From IMG/VR virus record IMGVR_UViG_3300046169_000069: a DNA stretch of 64,000 nt. One strand, written 5' to 3'. The notes beneath the pieces were generated by a model. It saw nothing but the letters and a program-made list of their open reading frames with translations. It made no database searches and had not been told where the DNA came from. Positions 10,219-20,297 of this stretch are shown in pieces (the stretch's first letter is position 1; the number at the start of each line of letters is the position of its first letter). The translations under genes and the position numbers were made by a program. Source of the DNA: a virus.

Positions 10219-12990
10219 TTAGTTTATCTTACCAATCTTCACCCTCAATGCGTTGGAGTTGTCAAAAATGTCTATAGACGTTGACGAAAACTCAATTCGT
10301 TCATTGGGTGGTGTCCCTGTATTTAGGAGACCACTCATATCAATAAATCCTTGGTTGTTCGTCAACTCTGTGAAGTCAGCGGTTGATGTTCCTGTTATAT
10401 TCTGAGTAGATCTATACACTCGACCCGAATTAATATGCCACCAAACGTCGCCAACAAAAATCTTATCTACTGTACGGAATTGTTTAATTCCTGCAGAAGC
10501 GGTTGCGTTTACATTTGATGGAAACGTAGTAGACGTGTTGAACAACACTGCGTTACCGAATCCACCAACTGGGCCCTGTTGACCAGTTATACCCGCAACA
10601 CCCGTAACGCCCTGTGGTCCATCTGCTCCAGTGGCGCCTTGTTTTCCGGTAGCGCCTTGTTGTCCAGTAGCGCCGGTAGCACCGTCTGGTCCAGTAACAC
10701 CGTCTGGTCCAGTAACACCTTGTTTTCCTTGAGGGCCTTGTTTTCCGGTAGCGCCTTGTTTTCCGGTAAGCGCCGGTAGCACCGTCTGGTCCAGTGATAC
10801 CCTGTTTTCCAGTGGGGGCCCTGTGGTCCATCTGCTCCAGTACCGCCTTGTTTTCCAGTGGGGCCCCTGTGGCCCATCTGCTCCGTGGCACCCTGTTTTC
10901 CGGTAGCGCCTTGTTGTCCAGTAGCGCCGGTAGCACCGTCTGGTCCAGTACCGCCTTGTTTTCCAGTGGGGCCCTGTGGCCCATTATTACCAGTTTGCCC
11001 TTGAATGCCCTGTCTACCTTGAGGGCCTTGTGAACCTTGTGGGCCGTTGTTTCCGGTTTGCCCTTGAATGCCCTGTCTACCTTGAGGTCCTTGTGAACCT
11101 TGGGGACCATTGTTACCTGTCTGTCCTTGGATGCCCTGTCTACCTTGAGGTCCTTGTGAACCTTGTGGCCCATTATTACCTGTCTGGCCCTGAATACCTT
11201 GGGCACCAGTATTACCTTGAGCGCCTTGTGGGCCGTTGTTTCCGGTTTGTCCTGTTATGCCTTGAACGCCCTGAGAACCCTGTGCTCCTTGTGGCCCATT
11301 ATTACCTGTCTGTCCTGTTATGCCTTGAACACCTTGAACACCTTGTGGTCCCTGTGGACCATTATTACCTGTCTGGCCTGTTATGCCCTGAACACCTTGA
11401 ACACCTTGAGGACCCTGTGGTCCATTGTTTCCGGTTTGACCTTGCAGACCTTGTGCTCCAGTATTACCCTGAGCCCCTTGTGGTCCATTATTACCAGTCT
11501 GTCCTTGCAGACCTTGTGGTCCGGTATTGCCTTGAGATCCTTGTGGGCCATTATTACCAGTCTGACCCTGAAGTCCTTGTGGACCAGTACTACCTTGAGA
11601 TCCTTGTGGGCCATTATTACCAGTCTGACCCTGAATACCTTGAACGCCTTGTGCTCCTTGAGGGCCCGGTTCTCCCGTCAATCCTTGAGGGCCAGGTTCA
11701 CCTGTGTTACCGATAGGACCCTGTGGGCCTGGCGTGGTACCCGCTGGTCCCTGAGGGCCCGGATCGCCTGTGTTACCGATAGGGCCCTGTGGGCCTGGCG
11801 TGGTACCCGCTGGTCCTTTAGGGCCCGGATCGCCCGTATTTCCAGTTGGACCATGTGGACCAGTTATACCCTGTATTCCTTGAACACCTTGTGGGCCTGG
11901 TGGGCCCGGATTACCTGTCAGTCCAGTTAGGCCTTGGGCGCCTTGTGGACCTTGAATACCAACTCCGCCTGGATTTCCTGTCAGTCCTTGTGGACCTGCT
12001 CCGCCGGTTGCACCTTGGGCACCAACCTCGCCTGGGTTTCCCTGTAATCCCAAAGGTCCAGTATTTCCTTGTGGTCCTTGAGCACCAACCTCGCCTGGGT
12101 TTCCGGTTAGACCAGTGGTTCCCGTTGCGCCTTGAACACCTTGCGGTCCAACTTCGCCCGGATTACCTGTCAATCCAGTTATACCCTGAGAACCCTGTGG
12201 CCCTTGTGCTCCAACTTCGCCTGGGTTTCCAGTAAGACCCGTTATACCCTGAGAACCTTGTGGTCCTTGAGCACCAACCTCGCCTGGATTTCCTGTAAGA
12301 CCTGTTATGCCTTGAGGACCCTGATTACCTTGAGGACCAACTTCGCCGGGATTTCCCGTCAATCCAGTTATACCCTGCGGTCCTTGATTACCTTGAGGAC
12401 CAACTTCGCCTGGATTTCCTGTAAGACCTGTTATGCCTTGTGGTCCCTGATTACCCTGCGGGCCAACTTCGCCTGGATTTCCGGTGAGGCCCGTTATACC
12501 CTGTGGTCCCTGATTACCCTGCGGGCCAACACCGCCTGGGTTTCCGGTTAAACCCGTTATGCCTTGAGGACCCTGAATACCTTGAGGTCCTATCGGACCA
12601 AATCCACCTTGGCCGCCAAGAGGGACCCTGCATTCCGATTGGTCCCTGCGGGCCAACACCGCCAATCTCAGAGTTGTCAATAAGGTCATTGATATCTTGA
12701 ATTTCTTGGACCAACCCGCCGATTTGGGTATCATGTCCCCCGACACGAACGTCAAGCAAATTAATAGCATGAGTGTTTGCAACGACTTCGTCTAATGTAA
12801 CGCCATCAAAAGCACTGTCTATAGAGTCAGTCACATACTTAGATAGAAACTCTAAGGACATGCCCTCTTCTAATTTTGTGATTTCATAAAGTTCTAGAAA
12901 GTTAGCATTAATCTTTTCACTAGCTTCGCGAAGCGTATCGCCTTTACCGTCGTTTGCTGATTGACCCGTGTTTAGAATTTTTCTTGTCAT
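10219..12990 (-). CDS. Collagen-like tail fibre with gp9/gp10-type N-terminal attachment domain (indels near 12625 and 10770-10890)
   Basis: N-terminus [29 protein letters not shown]; about 2.1 kb of Gly-X-Y; C-terminus GDVWW...[18 protein letters not shown]; pieces lie in several frames. Confidence 0.85.
10560..12665 (-). repeat. Gly-X-Y repeat region with 54-63 bp higher-order tandem units
   Basis: ([21 protein letters not shown])n, ([21 protein letters not shown])n, ([21 protein letters not shown])n. Confidence 0.95.
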
Positions 12991-12991
12991 T

Positions 12992-13942
12992 TTATCCGCC
13001 GTGTTGTTCTGTGTCTAGATATTCGTATGATTGTGAGAGATCTAATGTACCATCATCTAGTGTGGGTGGTCGGACGCCTGCCCAATTCGCGACTGTAGTA
13101 AAGTCGTCTGATATTTGTTGCAATGTAATTGTTTCGTACTTGTCAAGAGTTTCAAGTGAACTGACAATGATGCCTGTACCATCGTCTTTCTGCGATTGTG
13201 TACGTGCATCTACCGGATCGTTCTCTTCCATAACGAGTAGAACATAACTTGGTTCAAAACTCATATGTCCAGTGGACTCAAGTACAACTGGATAATTTGG
13301 TGGTTCTAGTGGATCAGTAGTGATCCCCGACATAAGTTCTAAGTCAGCCGAACCTTGAGTGACCGTTTCACCCGCTAAGTAGAATCCCGCTGGGTGAACC
13401 ATCTTCTTATATAGTTCTTCGTAGTCTCCAAAAGACATACCCGTTTTCAAAAGAATCGAGAAAATCTGATATCTTCGGTCGTCCTGAATACGTTTCAATG
13501 ATTGTGGTCCAATCAAAGAACCGCCTGGTTTATCGTTAAGAATGAAGATATCACGTTTAGGATAGATGACTTCTACTTCTTCACCATAAAACGCCTCAAA
13601 GAATTGTTCTACAGAAAGTTGTGTGCCCTTCGCACGATAGAACTGCGAAAGAAGTTTCGCCATAAACCGTGGATCTGCATTTGGATTTGCAGCAAATGAT
13701 TCGGTATCAAGTCCATCACTAATTTCTCTTATCAACAGATCTAGGTTTTTTAGATCCGTAGAGGAGATATTGCGCAAATCAAATAATTTTTCTATCTCTG
13801 GCGATTCCGTCTCATCAGCCGCAAAGTTATAGTAACCCTTTAAAAACTTAATTAATTCGGGGTACTGACTCTTAAAGAAATCCGGCAGTACCTGAGTTAC
13901 TTTGGCCTGATGAAACTTGAGGTTGGTTCGACGATCGGACAT
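12992..13942 (-). CDS. gp7: Baseplate wedge initiator gp7-like (short form)
   Basis: VLPDFFKSQYPELIKFLKGYY, FYRAKGT, YQIFSILLK, KKMVHPAGF; follows gp6. Confidence 0.75.
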   Translation of the reverse strand: MSDRRTNLKFHQAKVTQVLPDFFKSQYPELIKFLKGYYNFAADETESPEIEKLFDLRNISSTDLKNLDLLIREISDGLDTESFAANPNADPRFMAKLLSQFYRAKGTQLSVEQFFEAFYGEEVEVIYPKRDIFILNDKPGGSLIGPQSLKRIQDDRRYQIFSILLKTGMSFGDYEELYKKMVHPAGFYLAGETVTQGSADLELMSGITTDPLEPPNYPVVLESTGHMSFEPSYVLLVMEENDPVDARTQSQKDDGTGIIVSSLETLDKYETITLQQISDDFTTVANWAGVRPPTLDDGTLDLSQSYEYLDTEQHGG

Positions 13943-15786
13943 TACAATGTAACCTTAATTTCACCCGTATCGATTCTGGACATAACGCTTGACACTTCCT
14001 CATCAAGTGTTATAATATAGTTACGTAAAGGAGTGACCTGTACTTTGATTTGCTGGAGTTGCACTAATCTTAATATCACTGCCCACAAAACCATCCTTAT
14101 CCACCAATAAAGAATTTATTTTTACTTGACCAAGGCCTGGGTCATAACTACCGACATTTGAAATCTTAACTACGTCGTTTAGATCTACCATTTGTAACTG
14201 AGTAGATCCTAATTTATTTTTAATAACGAAATACTGTCCGTTTGATTTGAAAATAGATGACGTTACTGTGTAGTCATCCTTGTCTGGTTGAGCAAGATAG
14301 ACAGGGAAGTTTACCACATGATCCGACTCGTAGTATGTGTCAAAGTCTTCTGGTAAAACGCCGTTGTCTTCTAGTTGTTTTTCTTTTATTTCAATCAATC
14401 CCTGTATGTCAATGCGTTGTTGCATACGAACCGTCATTCGAGAGTTTAAGATGGCTGGAGATAGATTATCAATTTGCGTCAATAAATTAGAACGACGGAA
14501 TGTTGCATCGAACGTGTTTAGTTCGTTTCGGACATAGGCGTTAATCAATGATTTAACATCGGTCTCTAATGATTGAGATTGAGTTACCTTAAAGGGATCA
14601 ATGTTAAACTTTGTTTGAAGTTCTAGATATGTCTTTTGTGGATCTACAAATTCTAAATCAATAGACATGATAGAAAGGTTCGCAGCCAATTCTTGACGAA
14701 TATTGTTCTTCTCTGTCACAATCACTTCGTCACTGACGTTATCTCTAAAGTTTAAACTGACGAACACCTTACCGTATTGTGGTGGCAAATTATCGTTGCC
14801 TCCCCACGAAATCACATCACGAACATAGTTTGAATATCGAGCTTGAATTAAAAGCTCGGTAGTCGTCTGCGGTCACTAAACGATTCTGTGCAGCATATGC
14901 GCGAGGTGCATTTAATTTAATAGAGTTTAAAGACTCTCTTTCCGATCCGCCAGCGGATGGTGATAATGTAGTTACTACAACATCGTCTAAGTCGTTCGGG
15001 GTAAACTTTTGTGCTCCATTACCATTTAAGTGATTTGTTGAAATATATGACACTTCAATAACATTGCCTCGTACTGGGCGTTTTCCTAATACATTGCCAT
15101 CACTAAAGGTAATGTCATAATATCCATTAGGAGTTTCATTTACCATGTATATTGTTGAATCGTCATTAATGGTAGTAACAGTTTGAATATCATGATAAGC
15201 TACAAAGTTTGGCGAGGTAGCATTGTCCTTCACCTTAACAGATATGGTCGAGGTGTCAATATTCTCATCTTGAATAACATAACTCACATTGTCTGCATCG
15301 TTAGCAAAAAATGTTCTTTTATTCATTTTACCTTCGACAATCTGCACATTTTCAAAAATAAATGTATTGTCTTGAGATATATCTACCGTATACGGTTCTA
15401 TTGTCAAAAACTGATAACCAATATCATCAATACTGGATAAAAACATTGTTCCTTTGTTTAAAGTAAATGTAGCTGGAGGATTTTCTATTGTTAACTCAAC
15501 CCTTATCGTGGCGCGAGCCGCTGTGCGAGACTTCACAGAATACCCTAAAAGCTTCTGCGTGTCCGATTACCGAGGCGCGTATCTGAGAAGTTGTTAGAAA
15601 AGATTCGTTAATGGCCAAGTTTGCTATCAACGCATTGATATGCGTGTTATATGATAAGACATCTAGGATATTAGATAATCCACTCGCATTAAAATCATAA
15701 TCTTCAAACTCACCACTGCTTCTAAGGTAAGTTTTTAATTTGGACTTGATGTCACTAAAATCTAAATTAGATGTGTTGATTGTCAT
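13942..15786 (-). CDS. gp6: Baseplate wedge subunit gp6 (split by about 3 indels)
   Basis: LDFSDIKSKLKTYL..EFEDYDFNASGLSNILDVLSYNTH, ESLNSIKLNAPRAYAAQNRLVTADDY, WGG.DN.PPQYGKVFVS. Confidence 0.9.
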
Positions 15787-16227
15787 TTATCTTGACCTTA
15801 AAATGGTTAAGTCCATAGTAACGACCTTTGGTGTATTCACAACAGCAAAAACCAGCTTCACACTAAGACTGTAATTAGTTTCGTTAAATCGCGCTGTAAC
15901 TTGACGTACTTTTGCACGAGGTTCATCATTTTGTATAGCAAGTTTAATAACGTCTTCAATATCACTTAAGTCGAACTCTGTAGTTAAAGAAAACAAAAGT
16001 TTCTCTAACCCGCCTCCAAAGTATGGACGAAAGGGTACAGAACCTTTCTCTGTCAATAAAAGATTCTTGACTGACTGACGTACTGCAGCTGCATCGGTCT
16101 TCTTGTAAACGTCGCCAGATGTCTTACGTGCGAACGTGCAATCAATATCCGAATACTCACGGTCAATAGTTACCGTGATCGGTTTATTCTGCAGGTTTCC
16201 GTCTTGTGTAGAAAATACGCTTGCCAT
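15787..16227 (-). CDS. gp25: Baseplate wedge subunit gp25
   Basis: YSDID..F, AVRQSVKNLLLT..G.VPFRPYFG..L, IQNDEPRA. Confidence 0.9.
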   Translation of the reverse strand: MASVFSTQDGNLQNKPITVTIDREYSDIDCTFARKTSGDVYKKTDAAAVRQSVKNLLLTEKGSVPFRPYFGGGLEKLLFSLTTEFDLSDIEDVIKLAIQNDEPRAKVRQVTARFNETNYSLSVKLVFAVVNTPKVVTMDLTILRSR

Positions 16228-16248
16228 TACATTAAACTCTTTTCTTTG

Positions 16249-16256
16249 TATTTATA
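16249..16256 (-). promoter_or_regulatory. Late promoter TATAAATA upstream of gp25
   Basis: Exact motif overlapping the upstream stop codon. Confidence 0.8.
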
Positions 16257-18286
16257 CAGGAAGTTCTACATCAAATGAAGTTGGTATGCCAATCAACGGT
16301 AAAACATCGCAAAGTGTCAAAGTGAGTAAGTCCATTAACTTTCCTAAACCAATTGCGTCTAAGAATTTCTTGATCTTCTTGATCCAAATATTCAACAGTT
16401 CCTTCTCCCAGTTCGCGGCAAAGTCACGTGCAGCCTTGATCAGATTATCAATGTCTTTCTCGGCGGTCTTTACTGTCTCTTCTATTTCGCCACCAATCAC
16501 ATCCAACAAAGACATGCCAAATAATGACACACCTTCAAGGTGATCAATGACCATACTGTATGCCTCTGCCTGCAAATCAAAGTTCTTTATTCTATCCTCG
16601 GCGTTTTTAAGTTCCTGTTCAAACTCCTTCTTTAAGTTGTCTATGTCAGCTTCTAGGTCGTCAATCTCTTGTTGAATCAGTTGGTCCATATTCTCTATGT
16701 CCGACTGCACCTGTTCTACTTCAGCGATAGCGTCCGTCTTAAACTGTTCTGCTTTCTGTTTAGCGATCTCAATTTGTGCCTTGATAAATGACTCAACGTC
16801 AAAGTTCAATAAATCAATTAACGAAGGTAGACCTAACGCATCCCATATCTCTTTGAACTTGCCAATTAGTGCACCGAAGGCTCCGTGTAAAGCATTGGTG
16901 CAGAACTTGACAATTTCGGTCTTGATGTATTGCCATGTAAGTTTAGCTTTCCATTCGTTGCAGACAACACCAAACTCGCCATTGAACTGTTGGTACTCCG
17001 GCGGCAACAAGGAGAAGAACTGATCAATGATCGCACTCTTCTCTTCGTCTAGTTGATTCAACACAGAATCATATGCGTCTTGTTCTAGTTTACCACTTTC
17101 GAAGTCCGCTTTTAGTTGATCTATCTTTGCAGTGTATTCTCCGGTCATACCTGAGATTTGAGAGACAATGCGATTCTGTTCTTCTTCTTCAAGTATCTTT
17201 AGTACGTTGATTGATATACCAAGGACAGGTACACTGAAGTTGATAGGAATGACCTTTGAGATCATCTCTAACATCTTGGCAGGAATAAAGATATGGAACT
17301 CTTGTATCAACTCATTCCATGCATCGTCAGCTTCCTTCTGCCAGTTGCGAACCTGACCCTTCTTCCAATACGGGGATAGAATGTCGGCGATCAAATCCAT
17401 GATCTCTTCTACCTGATCAATGATGCCTTGTAACTGTTCTGTTATCTGCGCAATCTCGCCTTCAATCTGAGATTCTATTTCTGCTTGTATGTCAAAGTTC
17501 CGTACGTCAGAGTCTAAGTCTTCTACCTTCGCTCGCGCCTCTGCTTCTAGTCGCGTCTTCTCGGCCTTTACCTCTGCCTTGATGTCCGGCAATGAATCAA
17601 TGTAGACCTGTAGTTTACTTGGTATCTGCGCAAGTTTATTGAACTCGTTAACGATATCGGCGCGGGTAGGTAGAGTGTTACCATCACACGGTATTTGTAT
17701 GCCACCGATCGCAGGCAATGCGAGAGCGGGTAATGCAATACCAGCCAAAGACAAACCACCCGAAGCGAGTTTGCTGAGGAAGTCTGCGTCCTCTTTCTTA
17801 AGAGCGGGAAGGGTAGAATTAGGAACAGGTCTGATATTGAGTGTAGGGAGTTCTACCTCTACTATCGGTTCCGGTTCAGGTTCTGGCTCTGGCTCGGGTT
17901 GTGTTCAGGCTCTGGTTCTGGCTCAGGTTCCGGTTCAGGTTCAGGGCTTCTGGTTCTGGCTCAGGTTCTGGTTCAGGTTCAGGCTCTGGTTCTGGCTCAG
18001 GTTCTGGTTCAGGTTCAGGCTCTGGTTCTGGTTGTGGTTCTGGTTCAGGTTCTGGTTCTGGTTCCGGTTCTGGTTCTGGTTGTGGTTCTGGCTCCGGTTC
18101 TGGTTCTGGTTCTGGCGTCTGCGCAGCCCATAAGAGTTGATCACCCAACCGAATTTCAATGATTGGTTCATCACCTAAAAACGCAACATAAGTTGACCAT
18201 ACCAGATCATCACCCAGGCGGACTTCGACGATCGGTTGATCGCCAAGTAGAACGTTGTGATTGTCCGACCCGTTAATGACTGGCAT
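16252..18286 (-). CDS. Putative virion protein: duplicated LGD-x-LVW N-terminal domain, (Pro-Glu)n linker, about 500-aa helical domain (indels inside the repeat)
   Basis: The frame of ORF 16252-17754 is open upstream ([47 protein letters not shown]) into the PE repeat that starts in ORF 17876-18286. Confidence 0.7.
17868..18114. repeat. Hexamer-based repeat encoding about 80 aa of (Pro-Glu/Gln)n
   Basis: ggttct/ggctca/ggttca tandem units. Confidence 0.95.
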
Positions 18287-18298
18287 AGGTGATGCCTA

Positions 18299-19600
18299 TT
18301 ACCCTGTGATAAAGTACAGTGTATCTGGATCTGGTGTCAATGCAGAATATTGGCTTTGGGTACCCGTCCATAGTTTAACAGGATTCCCCGAACTGTTTTG
18401 ATTGTCTAACACTCCACTTGATGCAGCCAGTTCTGAAAGTATGGTTGTCTCTTGAGCTGTCGCACGATTAACCTCTGACGTGATTTGTGTCTGTAGATCG
18501 CTAACAACAGTATCGTGTCCATCTATGCGAGAAACCGACGCATCTAACTCTCCGTGAAGTTCATTAACAGCATCAACATTGTTCTGTGCAGTGGTGTTAA
18601 AAGAACCTGTACCAACCTTGGATTGGTTTTGGGTTACGGCAGTCTCTAGGTCTGTAGTGCGAACTTCTACCGCAACGATATCAGTCTCTGCAGTCGTCAA
18701 CCGGCCGGAGTTGTTAGTGATGACCTGTTGTAGATCACTGTCAGCATTTTCAAATGCGGAAACTATTTCCTGAATCGTATCCAAAGTCTCTGGAGATGAT
18801 CCAATGATTGTATCAACTCGACCTGTTACGACATCAACGTCAGTACGTAGACCAGCCTCGATACCTTCTGCACGATTCTTTTCAGTAACAACAGCAGCGG
18901 CGTTAACACCTTCTGCGGCAGTTGCACGAGAGATCTCTGCACTCAACTGTGACTGTAAATCACTTACGTCGTTGTTCACTAAGTTCTGTAGAGCAAGGAT
19001 GTCCGAATCCGCATCAAAAATATCAAATGCGTTTTGATCTATATCTGTACGTAGACCCGCCTCGATAGCCGTTGCACGAGTGTTTTCTGCGACGATTGCG
19101 TCTGCGTTAATGCCTTCATTAGTGGTTGCACGAAAAATCTCTGCGTCTAACTGAGACTGTAGGTCACTTACATCTGTACCCACGGAGTTCTGTAGAGAGA
19201 GAATGTCCGAGTCGTTTGCGGTGACTTGTGATTGTACACTATCTACATCCGTACGTAACCCAGACTCTATCGCCGTGGCGCGAGCAATCTCTGCATCTAT
19301 GTTACTCTGCAGAACAGTATCTGCAGCATCACGATCGGATGTTTCGGTCGCGAGAATGCCATCAGCATAAGTCTTGGCCGCCAACTCTGCAGCGTCTGCC
19401 TTAGTGGTTGCGTCTGCACTCGCATCTGCAAGCACCGCATCATCAGCTGTAGAGAACTCATTACGAATTGCAGCATCTACGGTTTCAAAATTAGAGTTAA
19501 TTTTGTCAAATGCCGGTAGCATGGGTTCAATCACGGTACCGTCAATCTGTACTACATTTAATCCATCATCGGAATCTAGTTGTTGTATATTGTCTGTCAT
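18299..19600 (-). CDS. Coiled-coil fibre protein
   Basis: ~68-aa repeats (AEIxRATA.E.GLRTD...DSDILxLQN..DVSDLQSQL), fibre motif SPETLDTIQEI, C-terminus WTGTQSQYSALTPDPDTLYFITG. Confidence 0.75.
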   Translation of the reverse strand: MTDNIQQLDSDDGLNVVQIDGTVIEPMLPAFDKINSNFETVDAAIRNEFSTADDAVLADASADATTKADAAELAAKTYADGILATETSDRDAADTVLQSNIDAEIARATAIESGLRTDVDSVQSQVTANDSDILSLQNSVGTDVSDLQSQLDAEIFRATTNEGINADAIVAENTRATAIEAGLRTDIDQNAFDIFDADSDILALQNLVNNDVSDLQSQLSAEISRATAAEGVNAAAVVTEKNRAEGIEAGLRTDVDVVTGRVDTIIGSSPETLDTIQEIVSAFENADSDLQQVITNNSGRLTTAETDIVAVEVRTTDLETAVTQNQSKVGTGSFNTTAQNNVDAVNELHGELDASVSRIDGHDTVVSDLQTQITSEVNRATAQETTILSELAASSGVLDNQNSSGNPVKLWTGTQSQYSALTPDPDTLYFITG

Positions 19601-19607
19601 AATCTAC

Positions 19608-20297
19608 CTATGAATTAAGTTTAATCGTGTCGCCTCTAACGGTTACACTGGGAGCGGATAAGTCAATAGAAACTGCAGATGTGACCTTAACATCTTCTTT
19701 TACAGCGATCAGCGCATTACCAGTGACGTTGATCTTAACGTTACCAGTCACATTCACTTCGTCATGACCAACGACTACAGTGAACTTGTCGCCCGAAACA
19801 ATGAGGCGCTCATCTTTTACTACTAAAGTTGTTCTATCACCTTCTTCAAATATTTCGTAGTTAGTGCCCGACCTATGTTGTTCGCGGATACGTTCTTTAC
19901 CTTCGGTGTCGTCATACTCTTTGAAGTGGCCACGTTCAGTCTCATACACTTTATTGAGGGGATAATTCTCTTTCGCCTTCTCGTTTGTGTCACCTTCTTT
20001 TGGTACCGTACCAATCACCATCGGTAACTGAGAGTTCTGTCCATCCAAGAAGATACCGAAAACCTGAGTACCCACTAACATGCCTAGGTTCTGTCCTTTA
20101 CCTTCGTGGATACCTGTAGTAACGGGCACAACTATCTGGGCCCAAGGTAGGTCTTCGTCTTTGATATTGTCATACACGCCAAACGCACGTACCTGTGCGC
20201 GACCCAACTGCAAAGGATCGTCAGCTACGTTAATGACCTCTCCAATAAACCAGCGGGTCTGGTCACCATAATAATCTATAAAGGTCTGAGGTATCAT
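19608..20297 (-). CDS. gp5: Baseplate hub/spike gp5 (OB-fold plus beta-helix, no lysozyme domain)
   Basis: WFIGEV...DPLQLGRAQVRAFG, DLPWA, VFGIFLDG..SQLPMVIG, YPLNKVYETERGH..EYDDT..KERI...HRSGT. Confidence 0.9.
   Translation of the reverse strand: MIPQTFIDYYGDQTRWFIGEVINVADDPLQLGRAQVRAFGVYDNIKDEDLPWAQIVVPVTTGIHEGKGQNLGMLVGTQVFGIFLDGQNSQLPMVIGTVPKEGDTNEKAKENYPLNKVYETERGHFKEYDDTEGKERIREQHRSGTNYEIFEEGDRTTLVVKDERLIVSGDKFTVVVGHDEVNVTGNVKINVTGNALIAVKEDVKVTSAVSIDLSAPSVTVRGDTIKLNS

Noticed and set aside
10553-12700. Long alternative-frame and antisense ORFs over the collagen gene
   Set aside because: By-products of the Gly-X-Y codon repeat; no RBS or protein-like composition.
17639-18174. (GS)n, (NQ)n and (FW)n ORFs
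   Set aside because: Alternative readings of the same hexamer repeat; only the PE frame links sensible flanking domains.
895-19600. Diversity-generating retroelement targeting fibre C-termini
   Set aside because: No reverse transcriptase and no template/variable repeat pair seen in this window.
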